Shown here: in pieces, positions 41,808-54,915 of the stretch
How the letters are laid out: each line of letters opens with the position of its first letter
Numbering within the stretch: position 1 is the first letter of the stretch
Source of the DNA: Octopus sinensis
Taxonomy: Eukaryota
Direction: 5' to 3'
Length of the DNA stretch: 64,000 bases
NCBI RefSeq assembly: GCF_006345805.1
Contig: NC_043006.1
Coordinates: 9,176,001-9,240,000 of the forward strand
Program-made: the position numbers and the translations under genes
Notes under the pieces: generated by a model
Databases searched by the model: none
What the model saw: only the letters and a program-made list of their open reading frames with translations
What the model was told of the DNA's origin: nothing

Positions 41808-42331
41808 CGTATATTTGCCATTTGAATATGGCTAACCGCTAAGGGTGGATGCTACTGTAGTTTGTAGCCCCAGGAAGACACCTCCTCCAGCTGGCTATAG
41901 ACACACTTTCTGTGTCCTATCAGTATTTGTGAAGGGAAGTCATCCTTCCCGTCTTCAACTTATGATACACACGGACTCGAGTTTCAAGGTATTGACCTAT
42001 CATCGGCGTGTGACAATCATAGTTGTCGACGAGAAGTCAGTTCCCCTCACAAATACATATACTTTTTCCAGTATCGATTGACACTGATATTGAAAATGTG
42101 AAATCAAACAATGATAAATCTCAGAGCGAATTATAAACAGTAGCGGCAACACATCGTGACGTATATTTGCGTTTTGAATGTGTGTCTATAGCCAGCTGGA
42201 GGAGGTGTCTTTCTGGGGCTACAAACTACAGTAGCATCCACCCTTAGGGTTTAGCCATATTCAAATGGCAAATATACGTCACGATATGTTGCCGCTACTG
42301 TTTATAACTCGCTCTGAGATTTATCATTGTT
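41804..42331 (-). mobile_element. ~530-bp nested-foldback, ORF-less element with an HHR
   Basis: 41804-41906 inverts 42179-42282; 42107-42170 inverts 42268-42331; inner arms 41924-41973 and 42007-42055; (TA)n at both ends. Confidence 0.8.
41968..42012 (-). ncRNA. Type I hammerhead ribozyme motif (U4C core variant)
   Basis: Stem I CACACG/CGUGUG, CCGAUGA, U-AGGU/ACCU-U stem II, GAAA, palindromic stem III ACUCGAGU, GUC triplet. Confidence 0.7.
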
Positions 42332-42335
42332 ATAT

Positions 42336-42378
<43 letters not shown>

Positions 42379-42499
42379 TATTGAAATTATTGTTTCCACG
42401 TCATGAAACTATTAGTAGCTCACATTTAAATACTATGGACAGTTTATATTTTTTGTTGAGCCATTTATACAAAGTCATCTGTTAATTGATTGATAGTAG

Positions 42500-42850
42500 A
42501 TCTAATAACTTGTAATCCAAAGCATCTTTGTCAAGTCGGCAGTCATCACTAAAGAGAAACTGTTACGAATCACATCCTAGGTTGTCTGTGGCACCCTTTT
42601 TTCAATGCCTATGTCATGGGACTCGCATAATCTAAGATTCCACAACTCGGGTTGCCCATGCTTCTCTCTATCCCGATATATACTTTAGATTACCAAATGT
42701 TTCTGTTCCCGATGTAGTGATTTACAAACTTCTTATGAAATGACAGCGATTCTAAGACAGCTGATTCTCGGTGATGAATGAAGCGAATCCCACCTCGTGT
42801 CACATTTCAATTTCAATGCCAAGCACTTGTCAAAAGACCCTATATATATC
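42500..42850 (-). mobile_element. Possible hAT (Ac/hobo-like) transposase remnant
   Basis: Minus-strand LALKLKCDTRWDSL resembles the conserved hAT TRWNS motif; the downstream IGIEK motif is weaker; stops present. Confidence 0.4.
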
Positions 42851-43767
42851 GTAAGTTTAAACTAAGAATTGTATACATTTCAACAGGGACTATCGAGCTG
42901 AATATATATCGATATATATATGCTCCACGTTGTGTCTTGTTTTGAATATTTCATACTTTGTGTGGTATATGACAGGCCTATTGTCATATTTTGTTTAATG
43001 CACATTGGCATAAGACCATGCCAACAGCAATTTGTTGAAGAATTCTACACATCCAATGGTAACGAATCACCTCAAACACACTAAAGTAAACACACACTTT
43101 TTCAACAATGTGATGTTATACATACAACAAACACACATATATATGAACACACGTATTTATATGTGTAAACACAGACATACACACATACGCGCGCTCACGT
43201 GGAACTCTGTATATACATATATGTTTATTATCTATCTGTCTGCACGTGTGTATGTGTACAGTTATAAGGGTTCGCGTAAAGGTTTGATTAAATATATAGT
43301 GTGAATGTAATGAACAATAACAGAAAGATAATAATAGACAACCTTGAAATGAGAATGTTTAACAAATATTGTACCAGCTACACGCATAAAAGGTAGATGC
43401 ATGCTTTAGCTCTTCGAATGGGAGTTCTTCATCCACAACAAAGAAAAGAAAAAAAAAGAGAAGAGAAAGTGGAGGAACAGGAAAAGTGGATGATTGAAAA
43501 AAAAAACAAGGGGAAAAGAAGCCCGGTGAAAATGCGATTATGTGTGGTGAAGAAGAGGGAATGAGCTGAGGAAGAGGACATCCTAATGAGCTGGGGAAGA
43601 GGACGACCTGTACATAAGGAAAAAGGGAATGAATCTTATATATATAGGAAGGAAAAGAAATTAAACTGAAAACAAAATAGGAAAATGGAGTAAAATATGA
43701 ATAGCGGGTCAAGCTTTACGTGGTGGTGGTGGTGGGGGAGCAACATGCAATGAAATATATAAACTAT

Positions 43768-44150
43768 TTTACTCTTTTACTTGTTTCAGTTATTTGGCTG
43801 CTGCCGTGCTCAGGATTTATTCTTTGTAACCCTAGTACTTACTCTATCGGAATCTTTTGCCGAACCGCTAGATCACATGGACCTAAACACACCAGCATCG
43901 GTTGTCAACCCATATTGGGGAGACAGACACAGATACACAACATATACATGCACACACACACACACACACGTATATATATACACATATATACGATGGGCTT
44001 CTTTCAGTTTTCGTCTACCAAATCCATTAACAAGGCATTGGTCTGCCCGAGGTTATAGTAGAAGACACTAGCCCAAGGTGCTACGCAGTGGGACTGAACC
44101 CGGAACCATGTGGCTGGTAAGCAAGCTAATTACCACACAGCCACTCCCAC
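43768..44150 (-). mobile_element. SINE family A, full length
   Basis: Body, internal (CA)n/(TA)n and tRNA-like head match the 5953-6400 copy. Confidence 0.9.
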
Positions 44151-44939
44151 GCCTTATCTTTTTTTTATCTATTCTTCAACTTTTCAGTTCCTTGTAACAT
44201 TTGGCTGGAAGACCACTTTCAAGTACCTTAGCCAGTTTCTTATTTAATATGTCTGTTTTGTCAAACGGCTAGTTTACGGGGACGTAAACACGCCGAAACC
44301 GGTTGTCAAACAGTGATGTCGGACCATGGCACAAAGACCCCCCCACCATACACACACACACTCACATTTCTTTCAGGTTGCGTCTTCCAAATCCAATCAT
44401 ACGATTTTCTACGCGCACGTGTATATATAAATTCACGTATGTAGAATCGCAAATATCTATATGCTTGTGCGTGACCATATAATAACATGGTGTAGAGTTC
44501 CAGTGTAAAAGTTTGTCAAAAAGACCTTAGCAGTGTAAAAGACCATAGCATATAAGTGGCGGTGCGTTTGTATTTATGCGAATTTTGTGTTTTTCTCTAC
44601 CTTGGCAGTGCCGCAAATGTCAACACTGAAAGGGTACAAGTCAGACGTAAAGGTGAAGTAGTTGGGACGGGTGTGCAATCAACTGAAGCAATGATTGCAT
44701 TGTATCAGCATGGTTGTAATCGAATGGTCAATGACCGAATCATTGTATTTTAGTAAAGTTAGTTTCTTGTTACTCTGATTTTCACCTTTGGATGTGAAAG
44801 GCTTAAATGTGGAAGAATAAGGAGTGCCCAGCACCACAATGGTGGATGCAATTTCTTTATCTGTGTATTAGGACTTCCATTGATAGACTCTAGAAAATAT
44901 CTTAATATCCTATCAACTTTTGAAGGCGGTCGCCTGGAG

Positions 44940-45147
44940 GAATGGTGCTCGTCTCCATGGCCGCGTGTGTATCGTTAGCGATTTTCATTCTCCGTCTTCC
45001 CTTCCTTGGACTTTTCTTCTCTTTTTCTATATTTCTGACGAAGAGCCCCGATCGAAACGTTAAATCTTCCTCCCTTTTTTCCTTTCCTATGCGTCCAATA
45101 ATACTATATTTATTCCACGTCCTCGCGTCGTGTTTTTTTCTTTGTTC
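44940..45147 (+). mobile_element. Short Penelope-associated element with variant HHR
   Basis: ATTT-CTGACGA-A-GAGC-CCC-GATC-GAAA-CG-TT-AAAT at 45031-45065; homologous to 52065-52270; ends in (TA)n. Confidence 0.65.
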
Positions 45148-45155
45148 ATGTTTCG

Positions 45156-45227
<72 letters not shown>

Positions 45228-45509
45228 CATATATATAAATGGTGAGCATAGCAACTACTGGTATTTGCGCAGATAAAACTTTTTAACAAGGAGTGTCTGC
45301 TTACATTGAAGTAACCTTGCGAACTTTTGTGTTCCAGCCGCATAGGATGCCTTCGACCAGCATCCTATGCAAAAGTGTTTTTAAATCCAGTATATACACA
45401 CTATTATCTATATATTATAGTGTGCTTCGAACCACACATTTAGATAAAAATTATTTCACGTTGTTTCGAAAGTTTTAAAATTCTAATGACGTCAACATTG
45501 CACGTATCT

Positions 45510-46449
45510 TTTACATGCTTATTTCTCTTGACTGCGAAGAATTTTAGTCGAACAAATCGAAACCAGTACTTTCTTTTAACGCCGAGTACTATTTTCTGCC
45601 AAATCTAAGTTATGGGAACCTTAACACACCAACGCCAGCTGCCAAGTCTTGATGGCCTGCAAACACACAAGACCACGCGTACTCACACGCACACACGTAC
45701 ATACATACACATAGATATACACATATACAAAACTACACAAATATATGTATTGGTGGTTAGACAGTGATAAATAGATAGAATGATAGATAGATATTATAGA
45801 TAGAATGATAGATATATATTATAGATAGAATGATAGATAGATAGAAGGATAGATAGACTGACAGACAGACATCTACAAATATAGCAGGATAGATAGACAG
45901 ATAGACAGACAGATAGGTAGATAGACAGATAGATATATATATATAGATAAGTTTCTTTATTGGCCACACTGGGCTGCACACAGATGGGACAAGTTACAAG
46001 GTAGAGCTTTTCTTTTGGGGGCTGAAAAAAACAACAAAAAAAGAAACAAAAAAAAGTGGCGTAGGTTTCGATCAAAAGGGATCGTAAAAGGGGAAAGAAA
46101 CAACAAAAAATAAAAAAGAAGAAAAGAAAGAAAAAAAGGAAAAGGAACAAATGAAAAGAGAAATGAAAAAAAGAAGAAAAAAGGGGAAAAAAGGGGAAGA
46201 GGAAAAAAATGATCAATAGGGATCGTGTATCACAGTGTTATGATGTATGGTGTAAAGGGGAAAGCAAGTAAAGTTTATCTGTGGGAAGAAAGGCCTACGA
46301 AAAAGACCACGGTGACCTTGGTAAATATTGTTATATGTTACCACATTTGTTTGCAAGTGGGTAACCTTCTGTTTTCAATTTCTCGGTTCATAGGATTATG
46401 CTCAAGGTGGCTTCGTCATTCATACGTGCCATCCTTGCTACATTCACCC

Positions 46450-46522
<73 letters not shown>

Positions 46523-46650
46523 CGACGAGCCCTTTTCAGTTTCCGTCTAACAAATCCACACCAAAGTTTTTGATCGGCTCGATGCAATTATAGAAAGCAT
46601 TTACCCAAGGTGCTATGCTGTAGGAATGAACCAGAAACCATAAAGTTGGA
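45510..46650 (-). mobile_element. Old SINE family A copy split by an expanded internal microsatellite that holds a Tx1 fragment
   Basis: Head at ~46522-46650 (TTCAGTTTCCGTCTAACAAATCCAC) and body at ~45510-45660 (CTTGACTGCG, AGTCGAACAAATCGA, AACACACCAACG), both on the minus strand. Confidence 0.55.
45950..46450 (-). mobile_element. Tx1/L1-clade LINE 3' end inside (GATA)n
   Basis: Reverse complement matches 16170-16612 (GACGAAGCCACCTTGAGCAT, GGTCACCGTGGTCTTT, CTGTGTGCAGCCC.GTGTGGC.AATAA); GATA-type arrays on both sides. Confidence 0.9.
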
Positions 46651-47259
46651 AAGAAGTATGCGAAAAAGTTTCACCGGTGGTGGGTTCTGTGTATATGTGC
46701 GTTGGTTTTGATTTGGCTGTAGTGGGGTTTCAACATTACCTCCTGAAAGGGGCAGCAATATCTGTGGTTGGAAGTAAAGTACATGTGCATGTGTGTTCGT
46801 GTGTATCTGTGTGTGACAGCTAAATAACTTTGAACTCTTTGATATTTAAAAAGTCATATAAATAGATATACAAGTACATTAGTCTGAAACGTAGCAGATC
46901 GATATTAATCAAGAAAAAAATGTATAATGCTTAAAGCAGACCCAACGCCAATACTTATACACACTTGAATTCACTCACAGGAATTCTAACAAACGAGCGC
47001 AGGGAAATATCTACACTCAAACACAAACACACACGCACAAATACACACAAGGACACAAACATATTCTTATGCACGCGTATAAAGATGCGCATGCGTGTGT
47101 GCATTGGTCTATAATTCTATCTCGAAGGATTATCGTTTAGAAGGTCGATAGAGCAGCGGATACTATACCTGCCGGCGTAGGTTCCGGCCCCCTATGTACT
47201 GCGTTCAGATCAAGCCATAGTGAAATGTATATATTTAACGTTTACGAGCTGATATATAT

Positions 47260-47326
<67 letters not shown>

Positions 47327-47711
47327 GTGTGTCTGAGTGGTGCACGCGTGAGTATGTATGAATGTATGTATCTTTCCTGCACACACTATATGTATGCATG
47401 CATATTTTGCACGCTTAGTAAGGCTGGAAGGTTAATAGTTTTCTGTCTAACATCTTCCTCTCGAGTTCGCTTCCGGATAAGCCGATCAGATGTTTCTGTT
47501 GTTATTTGTGCTTGCGAGAGCAGTGGTGAAATTTGAATCGGCTGATGCATTTCCCATGGGCAAGAGCCACAACATAAAGCGGAGAGAAGGCATCAGAATG
47601 TGTAACTTGAAAACGAAGTTTACAAGTATATATAGGGCTTCATCTGCAACTCTTTATATGTGTGTATATATATGCGTATGTGTGTATACACACACATATA
47701 GACACATATAC

Positions 47712-47742
<31 letters not shown>

Positions 47743-48101
47743 CACATATACATACTTATGCATGTGTGTGTCTGTGTGTGTGTATGTATGTGTGTGCAGG
47801 TAAGGTTCTCTGGTATGTTTGTTAAGAGTTCATAACCTCTGAGTGAAACCGTGAGAGAATATTATCTGTTACGCATCGGCCTAGATAGTAAGATTTCGAT
47901 AAATTTAGCCCTGCAAAATGGCCGCAAACCAATGAGTGAGACAAGGAAATAATAAAAGAAAATCTTTAGAGGCACACAATGTATATACGCATGCATATAT
48001 ATATATATATGTATATATACACACATATATACATATATATATATGTATATGTAAATGTATATATATATATGTGTATATATATATATATATATGTATGTGT
48101 G

Positions 48102-48214
<113 letters not shown>

Positions 48215-48539
48215 GTATATATATAGAGAGAGAGATTCAGATGAATTACGTACTTAAGTCGAGGCACCAGCATTTAGTTCGGCATTATCCATACAATTTC
48301 AAAATAAGGTGATTAAAATCTATATAAGCAACAAGGATATCCAGAGGTATGCAGTACGATCGTTTCAAGCAACTCCATTTAATTGAACAATGCAATCATT
48401 ACATCAATTTATAAGGGAGAGAGCCATCCTCAGCTGCATAAACACATGAGATTAAATTAAATTAAAACGTTGCACACATTAGTATTATTTTACCTAAAAC
48501 CTTCAAGTTGGTAAGTATTTAGACAAAGAACATGCATAT

Positions 48540-48617
<78 letters not shown>

Positions 48618-48625
48618 GTATATAT

Positions 48626-48997
48626 ACAATGCGCGACCCCACACTGCAAAGATCACATCACAGAAGATGGAAGAGCTTGGTTGGGAAAAAAAATTCTCAT
48701 CCACCATATCTTCTCGATCTTACTCCTTCAGACTACCATTTGTTTCGTAGTTTACAGAATCATTTGGGGGACATAACTTTCGCAAGCCAGGAGGATGTCG
48801 AAACTGACATTTCAGAGTTCTTCACTTTGAAACCAAAAGTGTTTTACATTGAAGGAATAAAAAGGTTTGGAAATAGATTGAAGGAGGGCATATATCATCA
48901 AGGAAAGTACATTGGTGATTAAATTTCGATTAAATATAACATTTGATCACCTGTTTCCTTTATTCTAAATTCGGACAGAACTTATGGGATAACCTGA
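48626..48997 (+). mobile_element. Mariner (Tc1/mariner) transposase C-terminus and 3' TIR
   Basis: NARPHTAK, HPPY..DLTPSDYHLFRSLQNHL; terminal AATTCGGACAGAACTTATGGGATAACCTGA followed by TA. Confidence 0.85.
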
Positions 48998-49029
48998 TAT
49001 GTATATATATATACATATGTTAGTTAGTT

Positions 49030-50010
49030 AGTTAATTTGGCTCAAAAGCAAATAGCAAGGCCATGTAGGGGGACATGGAGTTAAGTACAGGGTGGTGTTC
49101 ATGTAAAGAGTTCAGGCCACTTGAGGTCCAGGGAGGCTTTGAACAAAGCGGTCGTCGGCATCTTCACCATCTCGTCTGGCAGCTTGTTCCACGGATCCGC
49201 AACCCGGACGGAGAAAGCTCCTTTCCTTCGATTGAGATGAAATCGTCGCTGTAGAGCTTTTCGGAATGACCCCGCAGCCGACGCTCCGGAGCAGGAGTGA
49301 AAACAGCTCTTTCGAGAGGTTACACTTCCCGCTTATGATGTTGTGGGCGAATGAGATCACCACGGCGGCGGCGTTTTTCAAGAGAACAAAGGTCGAGCGT
49401 CCTCAGCCTTTCTTTGTAGGACAAATTTTTGAGACCATGAACCATGCGGGTAGCCAGCCTCTGGACTCTTTCGAGGTGCTGTATGTCTTTGAGGAGATAA
49501 GGAGAAGAGGCTTGAATCCCATACTCCAATATGGGTCTCACCAGCGTGACATAGAGTGGCAGGAATATGGCTGCTGTGAGCATTCCGAATGACCGTCGAA
49601 TCAAAAACAGAATTCCGCGTGCTTTGTTGGCAGCATGGACGCACTGGCCGAAGGCGAAAAGGAGGAATCCACCAAGATACCCAGGTCCTTTACCTGATCG
49701 GTCCTCTCCAGCAGCAGACGACCCGGCTCGAATCAAGTTGAGTTGCAGGAGTAGAGCCGACAGGCAGATGACAGCACTTTGACACGTTCAGACACAGGTC
49801 CCAATCGTTAGACCACTTCCAAATTTGGTTGAGGCATCGACGAAGATCCTCTATACTACCGCGAGGAGCGACCAGTTTGATATCGTCGGCAAATAGAAGG
49901 GTGTGTTGCGTGAGGTCGTCGGGCAAGTCATATATAACAGTGTCGACTGCGACACTTGGGCTCTTCGGGCTTAGCTCGTGTATTAATTTAGTAAAGTAGA
50001 CGTGTATTTG
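49030..50010 (-). mobile_element. CR1-group LINE 3' ~1 kb with a (CTAA)n-like tail
   Basis: LLFADDIKL, LVRPILEY, LERVQRLATR, LEKRRRRGDLI, FSVRVADPWNKLP; GTTAGTTAGTTAG at ~49019-49033. Confidence 0.92.
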
Positions 50011-50599
50011 CAAGCTGATTTAATACTGACTTCAAGTAGATGATTGCAGCCAGCTAATGAGAATTATTGAACCTGGTTGCTCTCCATTTATTTTCGTTCA
50101 GCGTCTCGTTTTCGTCTTAGAGGTGCTCTGGTTCACACGTACCTGATTCGGCTTAGGAATTACAGCCGAGGATTTTATCAATGCTTTCTTGAAACAATAA
50201 TTTTCCATAGAGATTAGATTTTAAATTCCAATCTATGAAAAGTTTCGTTCTTAAAGGAACGAAAAATTTTTCCAGCTACTCTGGCTAATACCAACAGATA
50301 TGATAGGTGTAAAATACTAGCTGGCATGTCTTGTCACAGGTACATGCGATAGTCAGACGGATTGAGGTTAATCATTCCAGCTGTGTGTAAATTTGAGTTG
50401 TGTTATGCAAACTTGCTTTATTTTTTCCCCATAACTTAGAATTACAGAAAGACAAAGACATAACGCTAGATTTAAAAAAAAAAAAAAATTTGAGGTTAGA
50501 AATAAGGCGGAGAAAGTCAAATGATTCGAGCAGGCACGTGTCTGATGCGAAATGTGTGATAAGCCCGAGTGACGCTTATGAATTTGAGGAGACTCTGAC

Positions 50600-50647
<48 letters not shown>

Positions 50648-51243
50648 GTGTGTGTGTGTGTCTATAGGGGTAAAAGTGCCTCAAATTCATCATATTCATA
50701 TATATTATATATATATATATATATAAATGTGTGTGCGAATATATACATGTATATGTATAAACATATATGTATATATATATATACATATGTATATATATTT
50801 ATATATATATGCATATATATATTTACATACATGTATATACATATATATCTACATATATATTTATATTTGCATATATATAGATATATATGTATATACATTT
50901 ATATATTTAATCATACATATATGTATGTATGTATATACACATATAAATGTGTAATTAATCATATATATAAATATACGTATAAATTTGTATATATGTATAT
51001 ATATATATATATGTATATTATATATATATATATATATATATATTGTTATCAAAAAAAGGGGGTCGAATTAATTAATTGTTAATAAATTCGACAAGCAGTA
51101 TTCGGTATGTAAAGACCATTTACGGTATATTTGAAGTATTAATTATAAAAATAAAGTGAATTCTTTTACTTTACCATATTCTTATAATTAATTATATATA
51201 TATATTATATATATATATAATATATATATATAATGTATATATG

Positions 51244-51282
<39 letters not shown>

Positions 51283-52064
51283 AGAGGGAGAGAGAAGAAA
51301 GACAATGCAGAAGTGGGGGAGGTACATAGATAGGTAGATAGAGACATTTATTGATTGATCGATAGATATATATTCTGATATGCTTACTCGTATGTATATG
51401 TTTCTTTATGCGTATATGTATGACCATGCCTGTGGCGGGGTTATAAGACGCATGATGTTCATCCATATCTTCGTGTGTGTATGTGTGTGTGTGTAATAGA
51501 GAAAGATAGACACGATTGGATGTGAATGTAGAATGAAAAGACGGTAGAGCGAGGAAGATAGAGTATGACCGATAAATAATACGGACAGCAAGCAAAAGGG
51601 AGTGAGTCTCTAAGAGTGTGCGATAGCGAAACAGACAGGCGGCTATGTGGATTATGCGCGAAAGTTCCAGAAAATCCCTTTAAAATATCTTAGAATAAAA
51701 CGTAAAATCAAAACAATCTTTCATATAAAGGTCATTATACGCTTAGTCATGAATAAACCACATGTTGTTCACACGTTTCAAGTAACCTAGAAAATCAGCT
51801 GACTTTAGCTTGCACTATTCTCAAGAGAGAACGGCTTTTGTTAAGTATAAGTATATATATATATATATATATATATGTAGGTCCCGGGTTGAGTCGGGGT
51901 TAACCACAGTAAATAAGGTACTCAATACATAGCAGAGTAAATTAATTTATTTTATAGAAGGAGCTTCTATAAAATAAATATATATATATATAGAAAGAGA
52001 GAGAGAGAGGAAGAAAGATGTATATATATATATATACATATAAATAAAGAGGGAGGAAGAAATA

Positions 52065-52270
52065 TATATAGTTAATCCAAACAAGAAAACACAAAAAAAC
52101 ACAACAACGCGAGGACGTGGAACAAATATAGTATTATTGGACGCTCAGGAAAGAAGGGAAGAAGGAGGGTTTAACGTTTCGAGCGGAGCTCTTCGTCGGA
52201 AGCATAGGAGAAGGACAGATCCCGAGAAGGGAAGACAGAGGGAAAAAAATCGCCAACGGTACACACGAGG
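52065..52270 (-). mobile_element. Short Penelope-associated element with variant HHR (second copy of the 44940 family)
   Basis: Minus strand CCGACGA-A-GAGC-TCC-GCTC-GAAA-CG-TT-AAAC at ~52199-52169; shared TTCCTGAGCGTCCAATAATACTATATTTGTTCCACGTCCTCGCG. Confidence 0.7.
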
Positions 52271-52621
52271 TCACATTTTATACACAAACACACACACATA
52301 TGCATGTATATATATATACATGTGTATATACATATATATGTGTATGTATTTGAACATTTCTTTCTGTGTTTGTGTGCATGTGTGTTTGTGTGCATGTGTG
52401 TTTGTATCTGTATGTGCATATGTATATTTTTGCAAGTGTGTGTGTGTATTTATGCATATATGTATGGATAGATGTGTTGACATATGTATAAATTTCGTAG
52501 AATTCTAAGAAAATTCAGGGAAAAAATATTGCTGGGTTAACGCAATGGAAATAGCGATTCCAGTACGTAGACGCACAATGTTTTTAATATTACCATTATT
52601 GTTATTATTATTATTGTTATT

Positions 52622-52930
52622 AAGGCAGTGAGTTGGTAGAATCGTTAGCTCGCTCGACGAAATGCTTTGCGGAATTTCGGCCGTCGCTATGTTCTGGGTT
52701 CGAATTCTACCGAGGTCGACCTTGCCTTACCCTTCCCCTAAATTTGAGTCATTGTCCTACCTGTAGAAATAATTATTATTGTTATTATTATTATTATTAT
52801 TATTGGGAGGCCAACTCTGCCTTTCATCCTTACGGTGTCGATAAAATAAGTACCAGTGAAACACTGGGGTCGATGTAATCGAGTATCCCGCTCTCCCAAA
52901 TTTCAGGTCTTGTGCCTGTGGTAGAAAGGA
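52622..52930 (+). mobile_element. Two SINE family B-type pieces separated by (ATT)n
   Basis: GAGTTGGTAGAATCGTTAGC head, GAGGTCGACCTTGCC, then GGTGTCGATAAAATAAGTACCAG and ACTGGGGTCGATGTAATCG. Confidence 0.75.
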
Positions 52931-53170
52931 TTATTATTGTTGTTGTTGTTGTTGTTATAAATTTTATACGCATGAAGGTTATTGTGTTAGAAATCGTGAT
53001 TTTTTCGGACAAACTTTTTACAGTATGTTCTTTCACATCTTAACATAGTCAACTTCCCACCGATGATAAGTTACATTTCATCCGTTCGGGAATCTAGAAT
53101 AGGTACCAGTTGATTACTGAGGTCGTGTTAAGAGAGCAATCCTTTCCTTAGAAGATCTGTTTTGTTCCTC

Positions 53171-53705
53171 ATGGCTGTGTGGTAAGAAGCTTACTTCCCA
53201 ACTACATTTTGTGGGTTCAGTCCCACTGCTTGGCAGTTTGTACAAATGTCTTCTAGTATAGCCTGAGGCCCACCACGTCCTTGTGAGTGGATTTGGGAGA
53301 CGGAAACTGAAAGAAGCCGTACATATACATATATATGTGTGTGTGTGTGTGTTAAGTTAATTTTTTGGCTCAAAAAGCAAAAAGCAAGGCCATGTAGGTG
53401 GACATGGAGTTATGTACAGGGAGGGTGTTCATGGAAAGAGTTCAGGCCATTTCTGGTCAAGAGTGTGTGCGTGTGTATGTGTAGGCGTTTGTCTTTGTGT
53501 CTGTTTGTCCCCCACCATTGCTTGACAATCGCTTTGTTGTGCAAACGTCCCCGTAACCGAGCGGGTCGGCATTGTGATTGCTAGAATAAGTACTAGGCTT
53601 ACAAAGAATAGTTCCTGAATTACAATTTTTTTCATTGAAAAACGCTTGAAAGCGGCCCTCCAGCAGGGCCACAGTCAGAAAAGATTGAAACACGTAAAAG
53701 AAAAC
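53171..53705 (+). mobile_element. SINE family A with a nested CR1 3' end
   Basis: Head 53171-53320, (TG)n, CR1 fragment, then the body resumes with TTTGTCCCCCACC..CTTGACAA and AGAATAAGTACTAGGCTTACAAAGAATA. Confidence 0.8.
53352..53462 (-). mobile_element. CR1 LINE extreme 3' end (~110 bp)
   Basis: TTGGCTCAAAA.GCAA..AGCAAGGCCATGTAGG.GGACATGGAG...GAGTTCAGGCCA matches 49035-49125. Confidence 0.85.
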
Positions 53706-54045
53706 AAAAATAATAAAAGAATATCTGAATAAAACTAGTGATATTTTCCGCAATTCTTTTTAGATTTTATTCTGAGTTCAAATCAACACGACTTCAGTTT
53801 CCCCTTCAAATATTTTCAGGAAAAGTTATAGAGTCAGTGAAATACAGCGAGAATGGGTGTACGTTTTATCATTAGCTGTAATATTATTTTTATGAGTATA
53901 AATAACCAAAATTGGTAGTGTTCAATATTTCTTCTTTGCATGTAATACTTAAGGCCTTCTTTGGTACATTGGATCAATCGATAATTTCTTATTGTCAATA
54001 TTACATGGTCTATCGCTTTTTTCTTTTCGGACAATTTGAAAGGAG

Positions 54046-54092
<47 letters not shown>

Positions 54093-54877
54093 CACACATA
54101 CATATATCCATGCTTGTGTGTATATGTATGTATAGTGTCTATGTATAGCTTAGATTTTCAGATAATTTCCAAAAAATTTATTTAGGTATAGATTTATATT
54201 TTTTGCAGAGTTTAAAATCTGACGAATGTATTTATACACACACATATATACATATGTGTGTATGTTGCGTGTGCATGTCTGTGCCTGTGCATGTGTGTGT
54301 GTGAGTGTGTGTAAGAGTGTGTGAGAGAGAGAGAGAGAAAAAAAGAGATAAATGTTCAAAGTATTTTAAACATATACAACATTTCATATATCTATCTATC
54401 TATTTATCTCATCTTGCATACATACAACTGTTTATATATATAGATGTATATGTCCCTGTCTCTCTCTATGCGCCTTTCTATATATATATATATGTATATA
54501 TATGTGTGTGTGTGTATCCACATACGTATTATATATGCATTATATAGATATGCATACAAATGCGTATTTCTCTGTGTATGTGCATACACACACACACAAA
54601 CGCACACATATATATATACGTACGTCCGTGGATAACTTTAAAAATGTTTGATAGATTGCGGTTAATTCATTCTCTCTTACCTGTTTGTGTCAGCCTTCCA
54701 ATTGCTGTTTTTTACTGAGATCTCCTTTTTAGTAGAAGAAATAGCTATAACCCTTTGACTGCTATTTCTAAATTCGGTATGTGGTAAGCAATTCGTTGCT
54801 GAACCCTTATTGCTTCGTATATATATATATATTATATATACACACACATATATATATCTATATATATATATATATTA

Positions 54878-54915
<38 letters not shown>

